The notes under the pieces are model-generated. The model saw only the letters and a program-made list of their open reading frames with translations, was not told where the DNA came from and did not search any database. Positions 28,555 to 38,546 of a DNA stretch of 64,000 bases are shown here, one piece after another. The DNA is taken from sequence record NC_070950.1. One strand, written 5' to 3'. The position numbers and the translations under genes are program-made. Position 1 is the stretch's first letter. Every line of letters starts with the position of its first letter.

Positions 28555-30069
28555 GTGCTCAGAACGTTTGTAAAGGCAGGGGAAACGTACCGTAACGCTC
28601 TTTATCCTGCAATCATCGAATCCCTTCGTCGGGTTTTAGAATTCTACTCACTGACGGGTATTGACAAAGTGTATTTCAACGGGGACGCGGAAGTCTCCAA
28701 GCAACTTTTTTCTGACCTCGATAGTGGAGTAAGAGCGGACAGACAAACCGATTTCAAATTAGTTAATAAGCTTTATATCGTCACCGAAGAGCAACCTTCC
28801 GTCTTTAACAATGGTTACAGTAATGCTCAGAGAACGATTACCAACAGACCGGTGTGGAAAACGGACGACGATAAAGTTATGATCATCCCTACCTACGATG
28901 GAAGGGAGATCACGGTTGATGTTAACGCCCACTTCAGGACAAGGCAAGAAGCCCGTAATTTCCGTAACAGTTTAGAGCAGGCTAGAAATCGTCAGGCTAA
29001 CGACCTTAATTTCAACGCCCACGTCCATTACCCACTGAACCTGGAAATTATCTACTTCCTTACCACCATTCACAAACGGTTAGTGGACGCGGGCCAGGTT
29101 ACCGATGAGTTTGCCCCATGGTTCTTTAAGAATGCATGCATGCCATTCACCACGATAACTAACCCGGCCGGGAATAACACTCAGGTCGTTTTACAACAAA
29201 GACGTGATGAGATTGGGATATTCTTTGAAGAACCCACTATTGCGTTGACCCGTAAATCCAACGAATATCTGGGCCGGTACGAAGTTTCTTTCCGTTATAA
29301 GTTCTACTGGAACGAACAGACCGATTGGGACTTGCGTTACCCTCTAATGATCTATCAACAGCCGTTAGATCAAATGTACATGCCTAAACCTCAGTTGGGT
29401 TACCGGAATGGGTTTAACCCCCATGCTTTCGTAGAGTTAGGTATGATTAACTTGTTGCTGAAAAGCAGGACAAAACACTCGCCTTACTATCAGCGAATTC
29501 CGGAATACGACATGTGGGTCCCTCCAGGACAACGTTGGTTGGATACTCAGTTGACGATCGCGATTACGGTTAAAGACGAAGCGAACGTTCCTCTTATGAA
29601 TATTGTTAACGATATTCCTAATTGGACCTGGGATGACGACTTCTTGGAACACATGTTAAAGTACCGTGAAAATCTCTTCACCCGCCATGAAGACATTTTC
29701 CATATTCAGGTTTATTCTGACGATATCTTAGTCCTCCCAGAACAGCTCAGTATGGATGAGGAAGGGAACATACTTCTTAATCGTAAACCGACGATGGGTA
29801 ACGTATATCGGGTCGTTATTTTTGTCGACTGTAATTTAAAAGAATTCAGCGATCAAAATAACCAAAACATATTGGACGATGAAAATTATCTCTACGTCGT
29901 CATTCCTAAATTATTCCCTTGGTATAAGTGGGATAAGTTCCCGGTGAATACGCCTAACGATCTCGCTAGATTGATAGACGAATCGGGCTTAGGGGACATG
30001 GGTGCGTTAAGAGAGCCAGTGCCAATGTATATGATGAATAACAGCCTAGCGGCCTATAGGGAGAATTAA
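28555..30069 (+). CDS. virion structural protein (neck/tail-terminator candidate), 504 aa
   Basis: GTG start with GAGGA SD; first of a four-gene coupled unit syntenic with the phiKZ gp98-gp101 region. Confidence 0.55.
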   Translation: MLRTFVKAGETYRNALYPAIIESLRRVLEFYSLTGIDKVYFNGDAEVSKQLFSDLDSGVRADRQTDFKLVNKLYIVTEEQPSVFNNGYSNAQRTITNRPVWKTDDDKVMIIPTYDGREITVDVNAHFRTRQEARNFRNSLEQARNRQANDLNFNAHVHYPLNLEIIYFLTTIHKRLVDAGQVTDEFAPWFFKNACMPFTTITNPAGNNTQVVLQQRRDEIGIFFEEPTIALTRKSNEYLGRYEVSFRYKFYWNEQTDWDLRYPLMIYQQPLDQMYMPKPQLGYRNGFNPHAFVELGMINLLLKSRTKHSPYYQRIPEYDMWVPPGQRWLDTQLTIAITVKDEANVPLMNIVNDIPNWTWDDDFLEHMLKYRENLFTRHEDIFHIQVYSDDILVLPEQLSMDEEGNILLNRKPTMGNVYRVVIFVDCNLKEFSDQNNQNILDDENYLYVVIPKLFPWYKWDKFPVNTPNDLARLIDESGLGDMGALREPVPMYMMNNSLAAYREN

Positions 30070-30072
30070 GAA

Positions 30073-31368
30073 ATGGGTGTGTTCACTCCAGGTACCGGTG
30101 ATAATCCCACCGTAACGACCGCTGAAGGACCTAAGATTTATGCTGATGACTATAAGTCAAGTATCGTCGATTCCGTCTATGTACACGGGACGAGTTTACT
30201 GACTTTTGTTACAGGTACTCCAGTAAGGACACAATACTACCGCCAATATCTTGGCGCTGATGAAGTTCCTGTCGGACCACAGTTAGACGATATAAACACC
30301 TACCAGTCCTACACTCGAATCAACGACCTCATCATGAAATTCGAGGGTAAGCCGGCGTATTCATTTGACACCGATACCGCCGAATCAACAGAGACGGGTG
30401 GAGCTTACGTCATTTTTGATCTGAACCCAATTCAGGGTGATGTTTTTATCCGGGATATTGGTGACGGTCGTGCGGGTATTTACGTCGTAGAAGGCCAGCC
30501 TGAACTTCGTAGTTACGCGGCGGATAAAGTCTATTTTATCCAGTTCAAACTCATCGGTTTGATGACCCAAGCTATAGAAGACAATTTTAATAGTAAGGTC
30601 GTCAGGGAATATTACTATTCCAAAGATTCCGCTCTAAACGGCGGGAACGCGTTGTTATCTAAAGATCGTTTAGATGGCATCAAGGAACTGATGCGGTTGT
30701 CCTTCGCCATTACGCAGCAGTTGTTACGTAAGAACTATTTTAACCCTGAAGAAACTATCACGTTTAAGAACGAAGAAGACGGTTTTGTTTATTACGATCC
30801 TTACTTGACGAGATTCCTTACGTATGTTTTACCTTACCGAGAATTCCTCGGGGTCAAACCTATTAATCTCATCAATACTCAAGTGGGTGTTAAACACAAC
30901 TATAACGACCAGCTTACGGTTTACGACGCGCTCCTCCAAATGAATAAGGATCTGCTCGCTGTTGTACCGCGTAAGATGTACGTTTATTCTCGTCGTCAGT
31001 TCTTCGGAACCCGGACATACGGTTCTCCGTTGATGACGAAAATAGACCGTTTCTATCAGGTGGAGAAACTTGAGTTCGATGGTATTCAGCGACTCAATTT
31101 ACCTGTTAACGGTTACATCCTTTATCCTGACCCGGAACCGGGTAGTGAAGAGGATTTCTATTTCAGCGCTGGTTTCTTTGACGGTGTTCCGGCTAATGAA
31201 TTTGAACGTTTAACGCTGGACTTTTTCTTTAACAAAGTCAGAGATCGGGATGCGTTGCTGGCGTACGCTAAAACGGTATTAACGTTACCAGATAAAGATC
31301 TGGCTTATCAGGGCGGGGTTGTGGTGGCTATGATAGAACTATCCCGCAGAGTTTTAACTGGAGAATAA
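30073..31368 (+). CDS. virion structural protein (head-tail connector candidate), 431 aa
   Basis: GGAG SD; RTQYYRQYL...GGAYVIFDLNPIQGDVFI beta-barrel-like pattern; synteny. Confidence 0.55.
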   Translation: MGVFTPGTGDNPTVTTAEGPKIYADDYKSSIVDSVYVHGTSLLTFVTGTPVRTQYYRQYLGADEVPVGPQLDDINTYQSYTRINDLIMKFEGKPAYSFDTDTAESTETGGAYVIFDLNPIQGDVFIRDIGDGRAGIYVVEGQPELRSYAADKVYFIQFKLIGLMTQAIEDNFNSKVVREYYYSKDSALNGGNALLSKDRLDGIKELMRLSFAITQQLLRKNYFNPEETITFKNEEDGFVYYDPYLTRFLTYVLPYREFLGVKPINLINTQVGVKHNYNDQLTVYDALLQMNKDLLAVVPRKMYVYSRRQFFGTRTYGSPLMTKIDRFYQVEKLEFDGIQRLNLPVNGYILYPDPEPGSEEDFYFSAGFFDGVPANEFERLTLDFFFNKVRDRDALLAYAKTVLTLPDKDLAYQGGVVVAMIELSRRVLTGE

Positions 31369-31370
31369 TC

Positions 31371-32033
31371 ATGATCGAGCTCTTCCGTTATAAAGAGATT
31401 AGGAAGTCACTTATTGCCCAACACGACATTATTGTTAATCGCAATTATCGTGTGTCTTTTCCTCGGCAATACTTAATGTCCTTGGATCAATTGGAGAACC
31501 GAGAAATCGTCCGTATGACGAGCGTGATCGATCCGGATTCACACACTCGGCCTTCCCCCATGACTGTGACGTTAGAGCGAGTTATCGATATTCTCAAACG
31601 GCTTCCTGATAGTAGGATACTCGCATTTAAACACAGCAGGGATGCACTGGAGATTTACGAAACTATTCAGGGGTATCTCAACAATTGGATAGAGATCATT
31701 TTAGAGGCCCCTGAATTCTCCTACCCTACGATCCAAGAGCTTTATGATTTGGAAAGTGTGGCCAAGTGGGCATTCCCGGTTTATCAACATGAAAAACGAA
31801 TGATGTCGTTCAGGGAAAATAGGGATTTCAATAAGCAACAGTTCGCCCATCCTTTGCTAAGCCTGATTGGTGTGTTGAAGTCCGATGACGATGTTCCGTC
31901 ATTTATCTCATTTTTGGATAACCGTCTTCCGCAACATCTCAAGGCTTATCGCAACGAAGAACTCTTTACGGAAGACTTAAAAGAAGTTCTTTCTTTTGAC
32001 AACTCTTTATTTGGAATTAAGGGTGGGTTATGA
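31371..32033 (+). CDS. hypothetical protein (220 aa)
   Basis: GGAG SD; coupled to both neighbours. Confidence 0.6.
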   Translation: MIELFRYKEIRKSLIAQHDIIVNRNYRVSFPRQYLMSLDQLENREIVRMTSVIDPDSHTRPSPMTVTLERVIDILKRLPDSRILAFKHSRDALEIYETIQGYLNNWIEIILEAPEFSYPTIQELYDLESVAKWAFPVYQHEKRMMSFRENRDFNKQQFAHPLLSLIGVLKSDDDVPSFISFLDNRLPQHLKAYRNEELFTEDLKEVLSFDNSLFGIKGGL

Positions 32034-33376
32034 TACCCGTTAATATTAGTAACGTCTTAGAACAGGCGAAGCAGGTTGCCGCAACCAAACGCGCTACCAT
32101 CTCTACGCTCGAGCTAACTCTTATAACCCCGGAATTACATTATCCCGTTCCTAACGTTCAGAGGCTCTCTAAGAGCTCTAATTTCTTGGAGGACGGGACG
32201 GATATTTGGGCGATTAACTTCTTGATGCAGCCTGGCGTTTTCTTAAAACAGATTCTTCCGTACAAAGATAACCTGCTCGTTGACTTAGTTGAGAGCACGG
32301 GACTCAATAGAACACTTCGTCGCCTTCGCGCGACAATTCCAATGGACGTTAATCCTCAAACCAGTTCGGATAACAGTGTCTATATTGATCCAGGTGTATT
32401 AGATCAAAACATGGTCGTTCCCGTCACGCTTATTTTGATCGATACAGTATACGAACAGTTACGTAACCAACCGCTACTTGATAATTACTTAATGGCTACA
32501 ACCAAAGACGTTTTGCATAATGTCTGGAGTCAGCAAGGTCACGCCATTCAGTCTAACGGGGTTAACAAGTTTAAAGGAGTTGACATTGAAGAACCCACCG
32601 ATAACCCTAGAGTTTATCGGCAGATTATGGTCAAGCACGGCACGCGTCTGACTCGTTTCGCGGACTATCTTCAGAATGAAGAAGGATTGGGAATTTATAC
32701 CCGTGGGTGTGGGTCTTTCTATCGAGATGGAATTTGGTACGTCTTTCCTATTTGTAAACCCGAAAGATACGGTACGGTGAAGAAGTCCTTAGATATTTAT
32801 AAGTTCCCTGAGGACGTTCTACCAGTAACGGAACAAACGTATGGGACGACGGCGAACTCCACGTTAATACTTTCTACAGGCCCATCTAAATTGCTTGACG
32901 GCACTGATAACCTGAGACAGAATTTTGGTGCCGGTCAACAGATCATTTCTTCGGATGCGATTTCAGGAGAAGCTGGGTCGCACTATAACAACGGAGCGAG
33001 TGTCACTCTACGAGCAGAGAAAGTGACTGAATACAGAACCACGCAGCGTGCCTCAGGGCAGGAACTTATCGACATCAACCCCACTCCTACCAATAACGTT
33101 TTTAAAGAGATAACTAAAAACGCCATGAGGGACTGCAAAGTACTGGAATTGAATTGGAGTAACTCTAATCCTTTTCTCATTACCCCAGGGGCCCCGGTTA
33201 AGTACTATTTCCTTAACGAACAAGGAACACTCACTATTCAGGAAGGCACGGTAATATCGGAGCAGACCACCTATTACTCTGATTCTACCAGACCCCTCAC
33301 ACCGTTTAGAAAGAACTCTGTTCTGACCATACTCCTGCTCCCTATTCAAAATACCACGATAACCCCGAACAATTAA
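32030..33376 (+). CDS. virion structural protein (baseplate hub candidate), 448 aa
   Basis: ATGA coupling; hub role inferred from size and synteny only. Confidence 0.5.
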   Translation: MIPVNISNVLEQAKQVAATKRATISTLELTLITPELHYPVPNVQRLSKSSNFLEDGTDIWAINFLMQPGVFLKQILPYKDNLLVDLVESTGLNRTLRRLRATIPMDVNPQTSSDNSVYIDPGVLDQNMVVPVTLILIDTVYEQLRNQPLLDNYLMATTKDVLHNVWSQQGHAIQSNGVNKFKGVDIEEPTDNPRVYRQIMVKHGTRLTRFADYLQNEEGLGIYTRGCGSFYRDGIWYVFPICKPERYGTVKKSLDIYKFPEDVLPVTEQTYGTTANSTLILSTGPSKLLDGTDNLRQNFGAGQQIISSDAISGEAGSHYNNGASVTLRAEKVTEYRTTQRASGQELIDINPTPTNNVFKEITKNAMRDCKVLELNWSNSNPFLITPGAPVKYYFLNEQGTLTIQEGTVISEQTTYYSDSTRPLTPFRKNSVLTILLLPIQNTTITPNN

Positions 33377-33390
33377 AATTCAACATGGAG

Positions 33391-33420
33391 TTTTTTATGG
33401 CACTATATAACCGCAGTGTA
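33391..33420 (+). promoter_or_regulatory. candidate early (virion-RNAP) promoter
   Basis: TTTTTT-ATGGCA-CTATAT-AACCGCA-GTGTA; same spacing as the copies at 38440 and 44455. Confidence 0.55.
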
Positions 33421-33463
33421 TGAAAAACAAAATGTTATTTTTAATTTAATAGAGGAAATCATC

Positions 33464-33922
33464 ATGAAACGTTTTATCTCTGCGGCTATTCTTTCCGTTA
33501 TTGCTATGAGCGCTACCGCAACTGAAAATACCAACATCTGGGGCTGCGTCACAAATACAGGCAAAGTCGCTAGAGTCGACTTGGTAGAAGGAGCGGGTGG
33601 CGTTCAGGCGGTCTACACGTTCGGTAAGGCCGGGAGCAATCCAGAGCTCTCCGTTGTCAAGAAACCTTCTGACGTTAAGTATACTGAGAAAGAGGCTTAC
33701 GCCAACGGTATCCTGCAAACCACGTATTACCAGCTGACTTTTAATAACGGACAGTTCAGTTATATCGCTGAACAGTTTAACAAGATCGGGCGTCTTTATG
33801 TGCTCAAGAACGATAAAGTTATTTCGACCATTGAGTGCGAAGACATTATCGATGCCGGTGTTCTCGACAGCGAAAACATGATCAAAATCTTTCCTTACCA
33901 TGAAAAGGTAAAGGATGAATAA
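33464..33922 (+). CDS. secreted/periplasmic protein (152 aa)
   Basis: Start reassigned to the ATG at 33464 (GAGGA SD); Sec signal MKRFISAAILSVIAMSATA; two Cys near the ends of the mature domain. Confidence 0.7.
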   Translation: MKRFISAAILSVIAMSATATENTNIWGCVTNTGKVARVDLVEGAGGVQAVYTFGKAGSNPELSVVKKPSDVKYTEKEAYANGILQTTYYQLTFNNGQFSYIAEQFNKIGRLYVLKNDKVISTIECEDIIDAGVLDSENMIKIFPYHEKVKDE

Positions 33923-33926
33923 ACCT

Positions 33927-33956
33927 CCTACCTCCACCCATAAGGGTGGAGGTAGG
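33927..33956. terminator. bidirectional terminator-like hairpin
   Basis: 13-bp perfect stem CCTACCTCCACCC-ATAA-GGGTGGAGGTAGG between convergent genes; T11 at 33970-33980. Confidence 0.8.
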
Positions 33957-33978
33957 GCAACCTAATTTATTTTTTTTT

Positions 33979-35520
33979 TTATCCTGCAAAATCGAAATCA
34001 GGAACTGATTCGCCGTTTTCGTCTAACATGTGTTTAAAGGATTTCTTACCAGCACACTTGGTGTTGATATCGTGAACTAACCCTAATACCGGATCGAGCG
34101 GATAGACCCAAAATCTTTCCGATAGAGGAGAACCCTCTCCTCTCATTTTGGATAAGTTGACGGTCCAGTAAGCTTTGTCGTCCACTGTTTTTGCAACATG
34201 CACTGTGATAACGCCATCACATTCGTTCGTTAATTTAGTCGAGCCTTCAGTCATGGACTTCCCGCCGACTTCTTTGGCGAAAGTCAGTTCTGCGTCGTCG
34301 TCTGATTCACGTAAGAACTTTTTAGCCTCTGGAGATAACTGGTGAGGTGTACAGAAACAAATACCGTGATTGACGATGAACCCACGGACACGCTTGTACA
34401 GGTCTTGTAAGCGATCAGAGCGAGATTCCCCAGAAGTCCCCTTGAGGTTAGCCATCCCTAAGTAATCGTAAGCCCAGAAAATGATTTCGTGACCTTTCAT
34501 CTGTAACTTACGAATACGGTCAGTCATCTCATAATAGTTATCATTGACGGGATCGACTCGGTTCATGATTAAGAACCAGCCATTCTTCCTAAACCCGTCT
34601 GCGATAACTTGAGCGATCGTTTCAGGCAACTCGTTCTTGAAGTCACCTTGGTGGCCGAACTGGTTGACCATGATGAGCTTATACATGCGTTCGATAATTA
34701 TGTCTAACGCATCCTCAGCGGAATCCAGTACGATGGTAGGTATTTTAGACTTATCACGCAGCAGGGGTTTGTTATAGAGACCTATCGATGATACGATGTG
34801 TCCCATGGTCAAGCTCTTACCCCTGTTTGTTAACGCCTCCCACATATAGAACTTGGAGCGACGCAACCCATTATCGGGATATAGCGCTTTGTTTAGTCCC
34901 TGAAGACCTGTCTTTAACACACCTTCTTCCGACGATTCGATTTTAGCACGTTCAATGATATTAACGATGCCACTCAAATCGTCTGTATTGACTTCTTCTA
35001 CCAAAGCGACGTTCTTGTCAGCCAATACAGCTTCCGTCAATTTGGTTTCAATCATGTCGGCTATTTTAGCCCAAGTGGTTTTATCCGTTTTACTCGGGTC
35101 GCCAAAATAAAGTTCTTTAATTTCGTTCTTAAAATCTTTATTGAACTTATCGTCACCCACTGCTTTTTTGACTTCTTGAATATGACGATAAATAATCTGC
35201 CGTGTTCTTTCTTCGCTAGGGTAGTCTTCTAATCCTGCTTCAATAGCTTTGGCTAACTCAGGTGCGTCCTTCATAAAGTCCATTACTCGTTGAGTGAGCA
35301 ATGATTTTATGATCGGCTCATCTTCGGGTTGAGCTAAAATCCAGTCGATGGTATCGCGAATAGCGGTTTCTATTTTTTTATCCTGCGTGAACAAATCACC
35401 TTTAGAAATCGGTATTCCATTCAAAAGATCTTTCGCTTCCCCTAACAGAGTGACGTCTTTTATTTTTTTAATTTGGTACATCGCACTGAGAATCTTAACC
35501 AGGATCAGTAACGTGCTCAT
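33979..35520 (-). CDS. dnaB: DnaB-like replicative helicase (phiKZ gp118-like)
   Basis: Walker A EALTNRGKS, Walker B AYDYLG, TPHQLS, arginine-finger KMRG; two genes from the capsid gene as in phiKZ. Confidence 0.85.
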   Translation of the reverse strand: MSTLLILVKILSAMYQIKKIKDVTLLGEAKDLLNGIPISKGDLFTQDKKIETAIRDTIDWILAQPEDEPIIKSLLTQRVMDFMKDAPELAKAIEAGLEDYPSEERTRQIIYRHIQEVKKAVGDDKFNKDFKNEIKELYFGDPSKTDKTTWAKIADMIETKLTEAVLADKNVALVEEVNTDDLSGIVNIIERAKIESSEEGVLKTGLQGLNKALYPDNGLRRSKFYMWEALTNRGKSLTMGHIVSSIGLYNKPLLRDKSKIPTIVLDSAEDALDIIIERMYKLIMVNQFGHQGDFKNELPETIAQVIADGFRKNGWFLIMNRVDPVNDNYYEMTDRIRKLQMKGHEIIFWAYDYLGMANLKGTSGESRSDRLQDLYKRVRGFIVNHGICFCTPHQLSPEAKKFLRESDDDAELTFAKEVGGKSMTEGSTKLTNECDGVITVHVAKTVDDKAYWTVNLSKMRGEGSPLSERFWVYPLDPVLGLVHDINTKCAGKKSFKHMLDENGESVPDFDFAG

Positions 35521-35534
35521 TTAAAAACTCCAAG

Positions 35535-36092
35535 GTGATGATAATGAATTTAATTTTTCAAGAGTCTCCTGACCGCCACCAGGTATGGTTATTAACTAAT
35601 GATATGGTGAAAGCGGTTGAGAGATCTCGTATAAGATTCGATCAGTTAAATCGAATCCCAGAATATCGAGATCGTTTTGCGGAATCCGATATTATTGCTA
35701 TTGCTGTTTTACAATACAGTATGAGCCTTAAATTGGGTCGTCCGCTCCAGGACGTGTTTGATCCAGACGCTTATGTGGGTGACGAAGGACTTGTCCTCAA
35801 GAGTAAGATTAGCAATGTATTAGCAGAACTCCCTCGTCTGACCGTTATAGCGGCGTTGAGCAATCCTGCTCGTTATTACATTAAGAAAGTGGGTAATGAC
35901 GTTATTTTATGTCAAGGTGAGCTGGTTAAACCAGACACTAGCTGGACTGAGCTAAACGAATCTCTCTTCACTCACGCATTATTAAAAGGGATTTATAGCC
36001 AATACGGCTACCATCAATTGCATTTCCGAGAATTGAACCGACCGCAACGAGATAGCTTTACGTTAGCCGACGTTCTCCGCGTATTGTCTTAA
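35535..36092 (+). CDS. head protein (phiKZ gp119-like position), ~185 aa
   Basis: Between DnaB and capsid genes; the AAGGTG SD suggests the real start may be the ATG at 35544. Confidence 0.6.
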   Translation: MMIMNLIFQESPDRHQVWLLTNDMVKAVERSRIRFDQLNRIPEYRDRFAESDIIAIAVLQYSMSLKLGRPLQDVFDPDAYVGDEGLVLKSKISNVLAELPRLTVIAALSNPARYYIKKVGNDVILCQGELVKPDTSWTELNESLFTHALLKGIYSQYGYHQLHFRELNRPQRDSFTLADVLRVLS

Positions 36093-36122
36093 TCCCTGAT
36101 GCATAAGGGGTTAAGTACATTT

Positions 36123-36126
36123 TATG
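36123..36126 (+). promoter_or_regulatory. candidate late promoter core TATG upstream of capsid gene
   Basis: ATTTATG 55 nt before the capsid ATG. Confidence 0.4.
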
Positions 36127-36180
36127 TACTAGTGCCGTAAACAAATATTTGTTTAAAGCTTTGAATAAAGGAAATTATCG

Positions 36181-38367
36181 ATGAAGCGTACAATTAACGT
36201 CCGCAAAGGCTCCACTGCTGTAAAACCCCTGAACCTCGCGATGAGCGACATGTTTAGTCAGGGCGGCTTTAAATCTTTTACTGGTGTTGAAAACCTGGAT
36301 ACTGCGACCGACCAGTTCAATGCCATGTTTGCTGGCACCGAGTCACTGGCTAACGGTATTAGCCCAGAGTCTTCCAAACTGCTCAGCAACCTGACCAACT
36401 CTCAGCGTTTCGCGACCATCTCCAGCATCGCGTCGATGCAAAATGCATTCCCGACCGTTGATCGCCGCCTGGCTGACTTCGCCGGTACCGAAGGTTTCTC
36501 AATGGCGCAGTTTGCCGGTGAGTCCGCTAAAGTTAAAGGCGTGAACATCACTCTGAACGCCCTGTCTCACCGCCAGACCGACGCTGCTGAAGCTCTGTTC
36601 ACCACCGTCACCATTCCGTACGCGGAAGAGTACCTGGAGTTCTCCGTGCGTACCGCTGGCCTGGGTCGTTACATCTACGGTGCTGCTGCTGGCGAACGTG
36701 CCTCTGAGCTGGTACCGGTAATGAGCCTGATCCGCAAAGGTAAAGCTTTCATGGCTGATACCCTGCGCATGTATCCGGTTTATCCGACCGACTCGGCTGA
36801 TCCGAACCGTAAATACTTCATGGCTGAGTCTGTAGCTGCTGCTACCGAAGCCACTTACGACAGCGCTGATCCGCTGAACCGTCAAGCTCACAAGACCCAA
36901 TACCTGAAAGTTCCGGTATCCGTACCGAACCTGGTTGGTCTGTCTGAAGCCCCGGGTCAGAACCCGTTCGAAACTTCTGATGAAGTTGAATCCAACTCCA
37001 TCCAGATGACCAACGTCGCACTGACCGCCAACGTCGGCGCTTCCGGCTCTGCTACCGCAGTCGTACTGCGTATGCCGACCGTGAACATGTCTCAGGCGCA
37101 TTTCGGTATCGCTGCAATGGGTGCTTCTTCTGACGATCGTCAGATGGACTTCCAGGTACAGGGTCTGCCGGCGTCTGCACTGTTCAACATCGGTAGCGAT
37201 ACTGTTACCACTGCACTGGATGCACTGAAAGCGAATGGCGCTCAGCCGTTCTTCTCTCTGAGCATCACCGGTACTTACCAGCGTCAGACCAATACCCTGA
37301 AAATCCAGGGCGGTTCTTTCGAACTGGAGTACATCAAAGATGCGGCCGGCAACAAACATCTGCCGACCACCTCCAGCGCAACGATCAAAGCTCTGTTCGG
37401 CCTGTTCGCTGATGGCGAAATCGCCGGTGTTGAACTGCGTTACAACCACACCAACATCAACCGCGTGAACTTCGGTTACCGTGTTGAAGTGTTTGACGCA
37501 CGTAAAACTCTGACCACTCATCGTCAGACTCCGATCTCTGTTCGCTACCCGGTCAGCAAAGAAGATACCAATGAGGAATCTCTGAGCTACGCGATCGATC
37601 AGATGGCGATCATCCTGAACGCACAGACCACCGCAAACGCGTTTACCAAAGCTGAAGAGCACGTTGATTACGTGACCTCCATCAACGGTTCCGCGATCGT
37701 AGGTAACGAACAGGCGTCTAACGTCCTGGCTGGTATGCACTACGCTAACGCTGCTGCGATCAACCGTACTCTGAAACTGTCTGACATCGTGTCTACTCAG
37801 GACAGCGTCGGTGTAGTTGACAACATCTCTGCGGCACTGTGCAACACCCTGAGCGAAATGGCAGCAGCGCTGGCCACTAACTCCGGTCTGGCTGCTATTG
37901 CCGAATACACCCGTGAAAAACTGAAATGGCAGGTTGTTGCCCATCAGAACATGGGTCGTTACCTGATGCGTTCTGGCGACGCTCGTACCATGGGTGCGTA
38001 TACCGACTTCGCGGTTGAACTGACTAACGTCGAAACCATGATCGGTAAATTCTACCTGGTACCGCAGTCCGAAACCGACGGCAACACCATCGACCCGCTG
38101 GGTGGTATGGGCGTGTGCGTTGATAAAGAGCACGTTGTTGTACAGGGCGACGTCACTCGTACCGATCGTCAGTTCGGTATCCTGATGACCATGCCGATCT
38201 TCCAACACCACTCTGTATGTCCGATCGTCGGCGTACTGACCGTTGAAGACGCTGTACTGGCTCTGAACGACGAAGGCCTGATCGACGCTCTGGCTAAACA
38301 GCGCGTTGTGGTTAACGGCGTTGTACAGTCTGAAGTCGACGCTGTAGACGACGGTCAGCTGCCGTAA
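36181..38367 (+). CDS. major capsid protein (phiKZ gp120-like), 728 aa
   Basis: AAGGA SD; strongest optimal-codon bias in the window; ~100-aa propeptide with three F-x-G-x-E sites; size and DnaB-gp119-MCP-RNAP synteny; terminator follows. Confidence 0.85.
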   Translation: MKRTINVRKGSTAVKPLNLAMSDMFSQGGFKSFTGVENLDTATDQFNAMFAGTESLANGISPESSKLLSNLTNSQRFATISSIASMQNAFPTVDRRLADFAGTEGFSMAQFAGESAKVKGVNITLNALSHRQTDAAEALFTTVTIPYAEEYLEFSVRTAGLGRYIYGAAAGERASELVPVMSLIRKGKAFMADTLRMYPVYPTDSADPNRKYFMAESVAAATEATYDSADPLNRQAHKTQYLKVPVSVPNLVGLSEAPGQNPFETSDEVESNSIQMTNVALTANVGASGSATAVVLRMPTVNMSQAHFGIAAMGASSDDRQMDFQVQGLPASALFNIGSDTVTTALDALKANGAQPFFSLSITGTYQRQTNTLKIQGGSFELEYIKDAAGNKHLPTTSSATIKALFGLFADGEIAGVELRYNHTNINRVNFGYRVEVFDARKTLTTHRQTPISVRYPVSKEDTNEESLSYAIDQMAIILNAQTTANAFTKAEEHVDYVTSINGSAIVGNEQASNVLAGMHYANAAAINRTLKLSDIVSTQDSVGVVDNISAALCNTLSEMAAALATNSGLAAIAEYTREKLKWQVVAHQNMGRYLMRSGDARTMGAYTDFAVELTNVETMIGKFYLVPQSETDGNTIDPLGGMGVCVDKEHVVVQGDVTRTDRQFGILMTMPIFQHHSVCPIVGVLTVEDAVLALNDEGLIDALAKQRVVVNGVVQSEVDAVDDGQLP

Positions 38368-38389
38368 GCAACATTAGTACCGTGAAATA

Positions 38390-38423
38390 ATAACCCCCTA
38401 CCCTTAACGGGGTAGGGGGTTAT
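38390..38423 (+). terminator. terminator after capsid gene
   Basis: 14-bp stem ATAACCCCCTACCC-TTAACG-GGGTAGGGGGTTAT. Confidence 0.8.
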
Positions 38424-38439
38424 ACTTCGTCTTCTTAAA

Positions 38440-38468
38440 TTTTTTAAGGACTATATTATCTCTGGGTA
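38440..38468 (+). promoter_or_regulatory. candidate early (virion-RNAP) promoter
   Basis: TTTTTT-AAGGA-CTATAT-TATCTCT-GGGTA; TATATTAT is one mismatch from the phiKZ early consensus TATATTAC; upstream of the non-virion RNAP operon. Confidence 0.6.
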
Positions 38469-38546
38469 AAGGGTTGGTATAAGGGACCGCGCATCCCATA
38501 CCAGATGAAGCTCTAGTCTAAAAATAAACCTTAAGGAAATTAACAA

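Noticed and set aside
3343-33980. T10 and T11 runs (3343, 33970) as sequencing errors or phase-variation tracts
   Set aside because: Both are intergenic or abut stop codons after hairpins, so length changes would not alter a reading frame
36499-38211. 570-aa ORF antisense to the capsid gene
   Set aside because: Shadow ORF from strong codon bias, which removes stops on the opposite strand; no RBS or protein-like motifs
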